DNA of 64,000 bases from assembly GCA_964534795.1 (NCBI GenBank), contig CAZHQK010000180.1, positions 4,395 to 68,394 on the forward strand. Direction: 5' to 3'. Shown here piece after piece: positions 29,908-38,257 of this stretch. The translations under genes were made by a program, and so were the position numbers. The notes under the pieces are model-generated. The model was not told where the DNA came from, did no database searches, and saw only the letters and a program-made list of their open reading frames with translations. Numbering within the stretch: position 1 is the stretch's first letter; every line of letters starts with the position of its first letter. Source of the stretch: an uncultured Acidobacteriota bacterium (GTDB lineage Bacteria > Acidobacteriota > UBA6911).

Positions 29908-30633
29908 ATGGACAGAAGAGAATTTCTGACGGCCGGCGGGGGCCTCCTGTTGGCGGGCGCCGCCGGCACCTATGCGGTACGGTTGCTCACGCAGGCCGGG
30001 GCCGTCGAAGCGGTCACGGCAGGGCGGCACAGGTGGGGCATGGTAGTCGACCTGCGCAAGTGCCGACCGGACTGCACGGCGTGCCTGGAGGCCTGCAGGC
30101 TGGAAAACAACACGGCTTCCGTCGGCGACGCGCGCTGGGACGTGCATTGGATCCGCAAGGTCCATGTCAAGCCGAAGAACGGCGGGGCCGAGCGCTCCGT
30201 GGTGCTCCTGTGCAACCATTGCGACCATCCGCCGTGCGCCCAGGTGTGCCCCGTGCAGGCCACTTACAAGCGTGCGGACGGCATCGTCATCGTGGACCAT
30301 CACCGCTGCATCGGGTGCCGCTACTGCATGATCGCCTGCCCCTACAACGCCCGCTACTTCAATTTCAAGGAAAGCGAGGAGTGGCCCAACAAGGAGTTCC
30401 CCAAACGCTCGCACGGCGTCGCGGAAAGCTGCACGCTGTGCGCCCATCTCCTCGACGTCGGCAAGAAACCGGCGTGCGTCCAGGCCTGCGAGCGCGCACA
30501 GGCCGGAGCGCTCGTCGTGGGCGACCTGAACGATCCGCAGAGCGAGATTTCCAGGTTGGTTTCCGAGAATTCCGTCAAACGGCTCAGGGAGGATCTGGGC
30601 ACGGAGCCCAAGGTTTACTACATCGGATTATGA
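29908..30633 (+). CDS. DsrO-like Tat-exported 4Fe-4S ferredoxin subunit (NrfC/PsrB family)
   Basis: Tat signal MDRREFLTAGGGLLLAGAAG, a GGAGGG RBS and four ferredoxin-type Cys clusters. Confidence 0.8.
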   Translation: MDRREFLTAGGGLLLAGAAGTYAVRLLTQAGAVEAVTAGRHRWGMVVDLRKCRPDCTACLEACRLENNTASVGDARWDVHWIRKVHVKPKNGGAERSVVLLCNHCDHPPCAQVCPVQATYKRADGIVIVDHHRCIGCRYCMIACPYNARYFNFKESEEWPNKEFPKRSHGVAESCTLCAHLLDVGKKPACVQACERAQAGALVVGDLNDPQSEISRLVSENSVKRLREDLGTEPKVYYIGL

Positions 30634-30655
30634 CGGTTCACCTGTGAGGGACGGC

Positions 30656-31852
30656 ATGGAAGTCAAATACGAGCGCATCGCAGGAAACTCCAGGCACTAT
30701 TACCTGGCGCTGGCGGCCTTCGCCGCCGTCGGCCTGGCGGGGGTGCTGTGCACCTTCTGGGTTCTCGGTCAGGGGCTGTGGGTGACCGGCATGTACAACC
30801 GCGTGCCCTGGGGCCTGCAAATCGTCATGGCAATCTATTACATCGGGCTCTCGGCGGGCTCCCTGGTGATCTCCGGCCTCTACGGCGTCTTCGGCAAGCT
30901 GGAGTACAAGCCTTTCGCCAGAACCGCCGTCTATCTCGGCATGCTCTTCATGATCGCCGGCCTGCTTTCCATTCTCACCGACCAGGGCCGGATGGACCGG
31001 GTCTTCGTCCAGCCCTTCGTCCATTTCAACCTCCTCTCCCTGTTCTCGATCAACCCGATGCTGTATATCAGCTACATCCTCATCTGCATCGTCTACCTCT
31101 ACGCGCTCTTCCGGGACAAAAAGAAGCTCACCCGGGTCGTCGCCACCCTGGCCTTCGCCTGGGCTTTCGGCGTCCACAGCGGCACGGGGGCGATCTTCGG
31201 CTTCGGTCCCAGAACGCTCTACGATTCGCCGCTGCTGCCGGCCAGCTTCGTCGTGGCCGCCATGGCCTCGGGCACCGGCCTGATGATCGCCTTGCTCGTC
31301 GCCCTCTTCCGCCTCACCCGCAGGCACCTGGATGACGAGCTGGTCTTCGGGCTGGGACGCCTGCTGGCGCTGTTCGTTCTGGTGGTCCTCTATTTCCTGG
31401 CGGTGGAAAACCTGTATTTGGTTTACCAGGTGGAGTGGCGCGAGGCGGCCCTATACTACCTCTTCGGCGGATTCCACAGCGTGATCTTCTGGGTCGGCCT
31501 CATCGGGCTCGGCTGCGCCGTGCCGCTCTTCCTGCTGTTTTACCCGCGGACCTCGAAGTCGATCCCCTGGGTGGTGACGGCGGGCTGCCTGGTGGTTTTG
31601 GGAGTGCTGTGCGAGCGGTACGTGATCGTGATCCCCGGCCTGACGCGCCCGCCGGAGATTTTCCCCGGGATGGAAGTCAGCGGGCCGGGCCTGATCGAAG
31701 GGGTGGCGAGCTACGCGCCGACGCTCGTCGAATTCTGCCAGGCGCTGGGGGTGCTGGGAATCATCGGATTCCTGTTCCTCGCGGGCCTGAAGGTGTTCAA
31801 GTTGTTGCCGGCCGAGGCGCGCATCGCGAAACAGGCTGGCCCGGCCAGTTGA
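30656..31852 (+). CDS. DsrP-like NrfD/PsrC-family integral membrane subunit
   Basis: About 398 aa with 10 predicted TM segments. A GAGGGA RBS precedes the ATG at 30656. The gene is 11 nt from the preceding Fe-S subunit gene. Confidence 0.8.
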   Translation: MEVKYERIAGNSRHYYLALAAFAAVGLAGVLCTFWVLGQGLWVTGMYNRVPWGLQIVMAIYYIGLSAGSLVISGLYGVFGKLEYKPFARTAVYLGMLFMIAGLLSILTDQGRMDRVFVQPFVHFNLLSLFSINPMLYISYILICIVYLYALFRDKKKLTRVVATLAFAWAFGVHSGTGAIFGFGPRTLYDSPLLPASFVVAAMASGTGLMIALLVALFRLTRRHLDDELVFGLGRLLALFVLVVLYFLAVENLYLVYQVEWREAALYYLFGGFHSVIFWVGLIGLGCAVPLFLLFYPRTSKSIPWVVTAGCLVVLGVLCERYVIVIPGLTRPPEIFPGMEVSGPGLIEGVASYAPTLVEFCQALGVLGIIGFLFLAGLKVFKLLPAEARIAKQAGPAS

Positions 31853-31894
31853 AGGAGCCCGGACACCCCAAGAAGATGGTGCCGCGCCGCGATC

Positions 31895-31920
31895 GCATGC
31901 CGGCCCTCGCGCCGGCATGC
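31895..31920. other. perfect 10-bp palindromic hairpin between convergent genes
   Basis: gcatgccggc cctcgc gccggcatgc. It lies between the NrfD-like gene 3' end and the CoADR-rhodanese 3' end, with no U-tract on either side. Confidence 0.4.
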
Positions 31921-31921
31921 C

Positions 31922-33574
31922 TCAGGGATTGAATCCGCAATAGGTCACATACCCGCCCGACAGAGTGCCTGCCCGGAAGCCGTGCTGCACCAGAATGCGC
32001 ACGGCCGTATAGGAGCGCTCGCCGATGGCGCAATAGACCAAAAGCTCGCGGTCGCGCGGCAGCTCGGCGAGCCGGTCGCGCAGATCGCCGAGCGGAATGT
32101 TGACCGCCCCGTCGAGATGGTCCGCGGCGAACTCGAAGGGCTCGCGCACGTCGATCAGCAGCGCGTCCGTGCTCGCCAAACCACTCCAGCCGGCTGCGGG
32201 CATATCTCCGCGCAGCACGTTGGCCGCGACCATTCCCGCGAGATTCACCGGGTCCTTGGCACTGCCGAACTGGGGAGCGTAGCATAGCTCGCACTCCTCC
32301 AGATCGAAGACCGTCCCATTCTTCTGCAAAGCCATCGCGATCACGTCGATGCGCTTGTCCACGCCCCCTTCCCCCGTCGCCTGGGCCCCCAGAATCCTCC
32401 CCTCCGGTCGGGAGAAGATGAGCTTGATGTGCATCCGCTTGGCGCCCGGGTAGTAGGAAGCATGCTGGTATGGGTGCAGGTAGACGACTTCGTAGTCGCG
32501 CACGCCGTGCTGCTTCAGGACCTTTTCGCTCGCGCCCGTCATGGCGACGGTCATGCCGAAGATGCCGCAGACGGCCGTGCCCTGGACGCCGCGAAAGCGC
32601 GCGTTGCGGCCGCATATGGCATCGGCCGCGACACGCCCCTGGCGGTTTGCCGGCCCGGCGAGCGGCATCAGGCACCATCTGCCGGTGACCGCGTGGCGCA
32701 CTTCCACGGCATCGCCGACGGCCCAGATCGCCGGATCGCTCGTGCGCATGGACTCGTCGACGCGGATGCCGCCGAGCTCCCCGATCTCCAGTCCCGCAGC
32801 ACGCGCGAGCGCGACCTCGGGCTTGACCCCGATCGCCAGGATTACGATATCGGCGGTCAGCGACGCGCCGCCTGCGGTGCGCACGACCAGCCCGCCGCGC
32901 GCGTCCGCTTCGAAGCCCGTCACCCCGTCCCCCAGATGGAGGTCCACCCGGTTCTCTTCCAGACAGCGCATCACCGGCTCTGCCATTTCGCCATCCAGAG
33001 GAGCCATCACCTGCGGCAGGACGTCGACGACGGTCACCGCCAGGCCGCGACGCACCAGATTCTCCGTCATCTCGAGACCGATATAACTGCCGCCGACCAC
33101 GACCGCCTTGCGCGCCCGGCGCGCCGCGATCCATTCCCGGATCTCGCGACTGTCGGGGATGGTGCGCAGCGAGAAAATCCCGGGAAGGTCGATTCCGGGG
33201 AGGGGCGGGCGCAAGGGAGCGGCGCCGGGAGCGAGAACCAGTGCGTCGTATCCTTCGCGGTATTCCCCGCCGGTCGCACCGTCCCGGACGACGAGCTCGC
33301 GCCGCCGCCGATCGATGGCGGTCGCTTCGTGCAGGACGCGCACGTCGATGTTGAATCGCCGGCGGAAAAGATCGGGCGACACCATCAGCAAATCGTCCTC
33401 GTCCGGAATGACACCGCCGACGTAATAGGGAAGCCCGCAGTTCGCAAAGGAAACATACGGGCCGCGCTCGAGCAGAACGATGGCCGCGCCCTCGTCGAGC
33501 CGACGCAGACGCGCAGCGCACGAGGCACCGCCGGCCACTCCACCGACAATGATGACCTTTCTGTTTGTTTCCAT
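31922..33574 (-). CDS. CoA-disulfide reductase-family flavoprotein fused to a C-terminal rhodanese domain (NADH persulfide/polysulfide reductase-like)
   Basis: 550 aa. It has an FAD/NAD(P) Rossmann fold, the redox Cys in SFANCGLPYY, and a C-terminal rhodanese with a catalytic Cys (LLVYCAIGERS). Confidence 0.8.
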   Translation of the reverse strand: METNRKVIIVGGVAGGASCAARLRRLDEGAAIVLLERGPYVSFANCGLPYYVGGVIPDEDDLLMVSPDLFRRRFNIDVRVLHEATAIDRRRRELVVRDGATGGEYREGYDALVLAPGAAPLRPPLPGIDLPGIFSLRTIPDSREIREWIAARRARKAVVVGGSYIGLEMTENLVRRGLAVTVVDVLPQVMAPLDGEMAEPVMRCLEENRVDLHLGDGVTGFEADARGGLVVRTAGGASLTADIVILAIGVKPEVALARAAGLEIGELGGIRVDESMRTSDPAIWAVGDAVEVRHAVTGRWCLMPLAGPANRQGRVAADAICGRNARFRGVQGTAVCGIFGMTVAMTGASEKVLKQHGVRDYEVVYLHPYQHASYYPGAKRMHIKLIFSRPEGRILGAQATGEGGVDKRIDVIAMALQKNGTVFDLEECELCYAPQFGSAKDPVNLAGMVAANVLRGDMPAAGWSGLASTDALLIDVREPFEFAADHLDGAVNIPLGDLRDRLAELPRDRELLVYCAIGERSYTAVRILVQHGFRAGTLSGGYVTYCGFNP

Positions 33575-33607
33575 GGATCTCCCTCAGGCAGGCCGCACGC
33601 ACCCCGG

Positions 33608-34384
33608 TCAGCGGGAAGCGTCGTCCGGCCGGCGATCGAGCGCGCGCCGGGCCGCATCCAGCTTTTCGCGCAGGCGCACCACTTCGCCGATCACCAGCGT
33701 GGCCGGCGGCTTCAAGCCCGCGCGTTCGACCTCGTCCGCAATAGTGGCCAGCGTCGCCGTCACCACCCGCTCGTCGCGCCAGAAAGCCGTCTGGATCATG
33801 GCGGCCGGCGTCTGCGGGCTGCGCCCGCTTTCCATCAGGCGCGCGGCGATGCGCCGGACGTTCTGCACCCCCATGACGAAGACTAGGGTCTCGATCGCGC
33901 TCAGGGCGCGCCAGTCCAGGCGGCCCGGTTCGCCGCGGGCCTCGTGCCCGGTGACGATGGCCACGCACGACGCCGCATCACGGTGGGTCACCGCGATGCC
34001 CGCGCGCAGCGGGGCCGCCAGCGCCGACGAGATGCCCGGGACGACCTCGAAGGGGATGCCGTGCTCCGCGAGAAACTCCGCCTCCTCGCCGCCCCTTCCG
34101 AAAAGGAAAGGATCGCCTCCCTTGAGGCGAACCACCATCTTGCCCTCCTGCGCCTTGCGCACGAGCAGCCGGTGGATCTCCTCCTGGCGCACATCCTGCC
34201 CGCCGACGGCCTTGCCCATGTAAATGCGTTCGGCGCCGGGTCCGACCAGCGCCAGCGTGTCCTCCTGGATCAGCCGGTCGTAAACCACCACGTCGCAAGC
34301 CCGCAAAAGCTCCGCCGCCTTCAAGGTGAGGAGCTCCGGAGGGCCGGGGCCCGCCCCCACCAGGTATACCTTGCCGCTTGTCAT
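33608..34384 (-). CDS. cobA: uroporphyrinogen-III C-methyltransferase (SUMT)
   Basis: VYLVGAGPGPPELLTLKA...GGDPFLFGRGGEE...VVPGISS are SUMT signatures. ATG at 34382-34384 has a GAAGAGG RBS. The track's upstream GTG at 34408 is an alternative. Confidence 0.85.
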   Translation of the reverse strand: MTSGKVYLVGAGPGPPELLTLKAAELLRACDVVVYDRLIQEDTLALVGPGAERIYMGKAVGGQDVRQEEIHRLLVRKAQEGKMVVRLKGGDPFLFGRGGEEAEFLAEHGIPFEVVPGISSALAAPLRAGIAVTHRDAASCVAIVTGHEARGEPGRLDWRALSAIETLVFVMGVQNVRRIAARLMESGRSPQTPAAMIQTAFWRDERVVTATLATIADEVERAGLKPPATLVIGEVVRLREKLDAARRALDRRPDDASR

Positions 34385-34551
34385 CGCCGGCCTCTTCGCC
34401 GAGGGCACTCTTCTTTATCACGCCGCCTCGGGCAGTGCAACACGCGATTGGCCCCCACGGCGACTCTGACACCGGCATTGCGATTCAGATACCGGCAGCC
34501 GAGGGTGAGCCGAAGGCGAAGGCAAGCAGATCCCGCGCGCCGCGCGCGATC

Positions 34552-34598
34552 GCCGGCTTGAAGCAATAAGCCCCCGGTCCGCCACGGCGCGGCGGACC
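34552..34598 (+). repeat. 47-nt hairpin-containing element, copy A, in the leader of the cbiA/dsrN-like gene
   Basis: GCCGGCTTGAAGCAATAAGCCCCCGGTCCGCCACGGCGCGGCGGACC. It is 39/47 identical (ungapped) to copy B. It contains the stems GCTT/AAGC and GTCCGCC/GGCGGAC. Confidence 0.55.
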
Positions 34599-34835
34599 TA
34601 CCAGCCCCGGCAGGGGCCCTGAGCCGGTAGCCGGGGGTGAGCCGGAGGCGAACCCCCGGAAAGGAGCGTTAGATCAGTCGAGCCCCGGAGGGCCGACAGA
34701 CCAGGTTTCTGATTCATCCTTCTGCCGGCCCTTCGGGGCTTGTCGCATGCCGTCACCTTTTCTCCAGGTTCGCTTCCGCTCACCTGGAGCTACCAGCTTC
34801 CGTCCCTCCGGGACGGATATGCGCCGCGCGGAAAC

Positions 34836-34882
34836 GCCAGCTTGAATCAATAAGTTCACCGTCCGCCGCGGTGCGGCGGACC
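34836..34882 (+). repeat. 47-nt hairpin-containing element, copy B
   Basis: GCCAGCTTGAATCAATAAGTTCACCGTCCGCCGCGGTGCGGCGGACC. Both stems are preserved. Confidence 0.55.
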
Positions 34883-34970
34883 GGGGCAGGAGGGCATCGC
34901 GCGCAAGGGGGCCTGTGCAAGCGCCGGCGATTCATGTATCCTGAAACGCAAGTGGTCGGCTGGGTCGGTA

Positions 34971-36374
34971 ATGAGCGGTGATCGGGATGAAGCGCGGGCG
35001 CTGCCGCGCGTCGTGATCGCAGGCCTGTCCGGGGACTCCGGCAAGACGCTTGCCGCCCTCGGCCTGCTGCTTGCGGCGCGCGCGCGCGGTCTCGAGGTCG
35101 CCGCCTTCAAGAAAGGTCCGGATTACATCGACGCCGCTTGGCTGAGCTGGGCGTCGGGCCGGCAGGCCAGGAATCTCGATTCCTTCCTCGCGGGCTTCCC
35201 GGGATGCGCGGCTTCCTTCGGCCGGCACGCACTGCCTGGGGGGTTGAACGTCATCGAGGGCAACCGCGGCCTCTACGACGGCGTGGATGCCTGCGGCACC
35301 CACAGTACGGCCGAGCTCGCCAAGGCGCTGCAGGCCCCCGTGATCCTGGTCATCAACGCCGCCAAGGTCACGCGCACCATCGCCGCTCCGATCCTGGGAT
35401 GCCTCGATCTCGATCCCGACGTGCACATCGCCGGCGTCATCCTCAACCGCGTCGCCGGGCAGCGCCATGAGACCATGCTGCGCGCGGCGGTGACGGCGTG
35501 CGGCCTTCCGGTGCTCGGTGTCATTCCCCGGATCGCCGCCCCGGCGCTGTTGCCCGAACGCCACCTCGGCCTGGTGACTCCGGCGGAACATCCGGGGATC
35601 GAGGACCTCGAGCGCAACCTGCGCACCCTGGCAGAGAGGCTCGATCTGGACGGGATTGGATCGATCGCACGCGACGCACCGCCCCTCGCCGTCCCGGCAC
35701 CCGCCGCCATGCAGGGAGCGCCGGCCCGCACCGTCAGGATCGGCTTCCTGCGCGACAGCGCCTTCAATTTCTACTATCCGGAAAACCTCGAAGCATTGCA
35801 GCAGCACGGCGCCGAGCTGGTTCCGCTGTCGAGCCTGGAATCGCCCGAGCTGCCGGCGGATCTCGCCGCACTGTACATCGGCGGCGGCTTCCCGGAAACG
35901 CACGGCGCGGCGATCGCGCGCAACAGTTCCTTTCTCGGCAGCCTGCACCATGCAGCAGCCGCGGGGCTGCCCATCTATGCCGAGTGCGGCGGCCTGATGC
36001 TCCTCTCCGAAGCCGTCGTCTGGCGCGGAGTTTCATACCCCATGGCCGGCTGGCTGCCCTTCCCGGTCCACATGTGCGAGACGCCGCAGGGCCATGGCTA
36101 CGCCGAGCTTCTGGTCGACCGGCCCAATCCGTTCTACCCGCCGGGCCTCTCCCTGAAAGGCCACGAGTTCCATTACTCGAAAATCGCCCTGCAGTCCGAA
36201 GAGCCGCGGACGGCCTGCGCCGTGCGCCGCGGCACGGGCTGCTTCCACGGCCGCGAGGGCATCGTGCGCGCCAACACCTGGGCGGGCTATACGCACATCC
36301 ATGCCTCCGCGACGCCGGAATGGGCGCCGGCGTTCGTGCAATGCGCGCGGCGCTTCGCCGACAGCGCAAGATAA
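34971..36374 (+). CDS. cobyrinate a,c-diamide synthase family amidotransferase (CbiA/CobB homolog; plausibly DsrN-type sirohaem amidase given context)
   Basis: 467 aa with an N-terminal CbiA ATPase domain (VIAGLSGDSGKTLAALGLLLAA) and a C-terminal GATase-1 domain (YAECGGLMLL...). It sits next to SUMT inside the sulfate-reduction island. Confidence 0.8.
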   Translation: MSGDRDEARALPRVVIAGLSGDSGKTLAALGLLLAARARGLEVAAFKKGPDYIDAAWLSWASGRQARNLDSFLAGFPGCAASFGRHALPGGLNVIEGNRGLYDGVDACGTHSTAELAKALQAPVILVINAAKVTRTIAAPILGCLDLDPDVHIAGVILNRVAGQRHETMLRAAVTACGLPVLGVIPRIAAPALLPERHLGLVTPAEHPGIEDLERNLRTLAERLDLDGIGSIARDAPPLAVPAPAAMQGAPARTVRIGFLRDSAFNFYYPENLEALQQHGAELVPLSSLESPELPADLAALYIGGGFPETHGAAIARNSSFLGSLHHAAAAGLPIYAECGGLMLLSEAVVWRGVSYPMAGWLPFPVHMCETPQGHGYAELLVDRPNPFYPPGLSLKGHEFHYSKIALQSEEPRTACAVRRGTGCFHGREGIVRANTWAGYTHIHASATPEWAPAFVQCARRFADSAR

Positions 36375-36637
36375 CAGAGAGATCGGCTCGCTCCGCTCGC
36401 CGACCTCCGGGACCGGGAGGCATAGGCCCAAAGGGGAAAAGGCATCGGGCGACTCACAGGCGAACCCGCGCCAGTGCTTCCCGGCTCCTCGGCCCCTTTG
36501 TTTGCCGGTCTACTGCAAGCCGATTGCGAAGGCCCGGCCGGATCGGGAGCTTAACCGACCAATGGTGCGAATTGCGATGATGACGTCAGCGGTAAACGAT
36601 TCTTGGACGACAGGTCCGCTCCCGGGCATGGCTTTGT

Positions 36638-36706
36638 TGCAGAATTTTAATTAAAGGCGATGACAACGGCAGCTCCAGCGTTTATTATTAACCGGCGAAA
36701 AGATCC
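36638..36706 (+). promoter_or_regulatory. conserved 69-nt upstream element, copy 2 (sat leader, about 118 nt before the ATG)
   Basis: The core GCGTTTATTATTAACCGGCGAAAAGATCC lies at 36678..36706. It is followed by the hairpin gatccag-ggggat-ctggatc. Confidence 0.55.
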
Positions 36707-36823
36707 AGGGGGATCTGGATCGCGCTCAGGTTGAGAACGGTCATGATTTGGGACTTCAGATTGATCATTTCGGCGAGGCGATTCACGTGCCGCTTTCGCC
36801 CTTGATACGCAAGGAGGACCTCG

Positions 36824-38092
36824 ATGAGCAAATTGGTACCCCCGCATGGCAGCCCGACGCTGAAACCCTTGCTTCTCGGACAGGAGGAGGCCAAGGAAGA
36901 GCTCAAGAAGGCGCAGACGCTCAAGAAAGTGCCCATGTCGACGCGCGAGACGAGCGACCTCATCATGATGGGGATCGGCGCGTTCACGCCGCTCGACGGT
37001 TTCATGGGGCGAGCCGACTGGCAGGGATGCTGCGACACCTATACCATGCCGAGCAAGAACAATCTTTTCTGGCCTATTCCCATAACCCTATCGGCGGCCC
37101 AGGATCTGGCGGATTCCATCAAGATCGGCGAGGAAGTCGCCCTTTGGGATCTCGAAACCGAGGCCGTCATGGGAACCATGAAGGTCGTCGAAAAGTACAC
37201 CATCGACAAGGAGCATGAGTGCCGGCAGATCTTCAGGACGACCGACCCGGCGCATCCCGGCGTCGAGAAGGTGATGCAGCAGGGGCCGGTAAACCTGGCC
37301 GGACCGGTCAAGGTCATCTCCGAGTCCTACTACCCGGAAATGTTCCGCGGCATCTACCAGCGCCCGGCCGAGGCGCGCAAGGTTTTCGAGGAGCGCGGGT
37401 GGAGCACCGTGGCCGCGCTGCAGCTGCGCAATCCCATGCACTCGTCCCATGCCTACCTGGCCTGGATCGCCATCGAAGTGTGCGACGGCGTTTATATCCA
37501 CCAGCTGGTGGGCAAGCTCAAGCCCGGCGACATCCCGGCCGACGTGCGCGTGAAGGCGATCGACGTGCTGGTCAACAAGTACTTCCGCAAGGACCGCGTC
37601 GTTCAGGGCGGCTATCCCATGGAGATGCGCTATGCCGGCCCGCGCGAGGCCCTGCTGCATGCGGTCTTCCGCCAGAACTACGGCTGCTCCCATCTCATCG
37701 TCGGCCGGGATCACGCGGGGGTCGGCGACTACTACGGCCCGTTCGACGCCCAGAAGATATTCAACGAGATCCCGCAGAACGCGCTGGTCTTGCGCCCGCT
37801 CTGCATGGACTGGACATTCTACTGCTACGAATGCAAGAGCATGGCCTCGATGAAGACCTGCCCGCACGAAAGCAAGGCGGTGATCGACGAAAACGGCGTC
37901 TACAAGGGCGGCGCCAGGCTCCTGCTTTCCGGAACCCTGCTGCGCAAGCTCATGAGCGAGGGGAAACCCGTGCCGCCCGAGTTTTCCAAGCCCGAGGTGA
38001 TCGCCGTGCTCAAGGAGTACTACGACAAGCTCGAGCAGAAGGTGGATATCAAGCTGCACGGATTCGCCACGGGTGAGAAAAAGAGTTCCTAG
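36824..38092 (+). CDS. sat: sulfate adenylyltransferase (ATP sulfurylase)
   Basis: 422 aa with [18 protein letters not shown] and a PUA-like N-terminus. A GGAGGA RBS is present. Confidence 0.95.
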   Translation: MSKLVPPHGSPTLKPLLLGQEEAKEELKKAQTLKKVPMSTRETSDLIMMGIGAFTPLDGFMGRADWQGCCDTYTMPSKNNLFWPIPITLSAAQDLADSIKIGEEVALWDLETEAVMGTMKVVEKYTIDKEHECRQIFRTTDPAHPGVEKVMQQGPVNLAGPVKVISESYYPEMFRGIYQRPAEARKVFEERGWSTVAALQLRNPMHSSHAYLAWIAIEVCDGVYIHQLVGKLKPGDIPADVRVKAIDVLVNKYFRKDRVVQGGYPMEMRYAGPREALLHAVFRQNYGCSHLIVGRDHAGVGDYYGPFDAQKIFNEIPQNALVLRPLCMDWTFYCYECKSMASMKTCPHESKAVIDENGVYKGGARLLLSGTLLRKLMSEGKPVPPEFSKPEVIAVLKEYYDKLEQKVDIKLHGFATGEKKSS

Positions 38093-38257
38093 CCTGCCGC
38101 CCGATCTGCATGGCCGTGCCCGGGCTCTCTTCGAGCCCCAGGCTGCCGACGAGGTCGCAGAGGCGCTGCGCGCCCGCCGTTCCGGCGGCGGGCGCACCGC
38201 CGCCTGCCGGCGGAACCATTCCGTCGGAGCGGCCGTGCCCCGGAGAAAGGAAGCCCG

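Noticed and set aside
31797-33968. 723-aa ORF in another frame of the CoADR-rhodanese region, and the 32429..33886 + ORF
   Set aside because: Extreme Arg/Gly/Pro content. The 31922..33574 frame has canonical FAD, NAD and rhodanese motifs.
34385-34970. Cobalamin riboswitch, tRNA or SRP RNA in the cbiA leader
   Set aside because: I could not find the B12 box (AGYCAGGAGACCUGCC) or the GGUGAAA core. There is no tRNA T-arm GTTC.RA motif. There is no SRP domain-IV GGAAGCAGCC motif. It is kept only as an unclassified structured leader.
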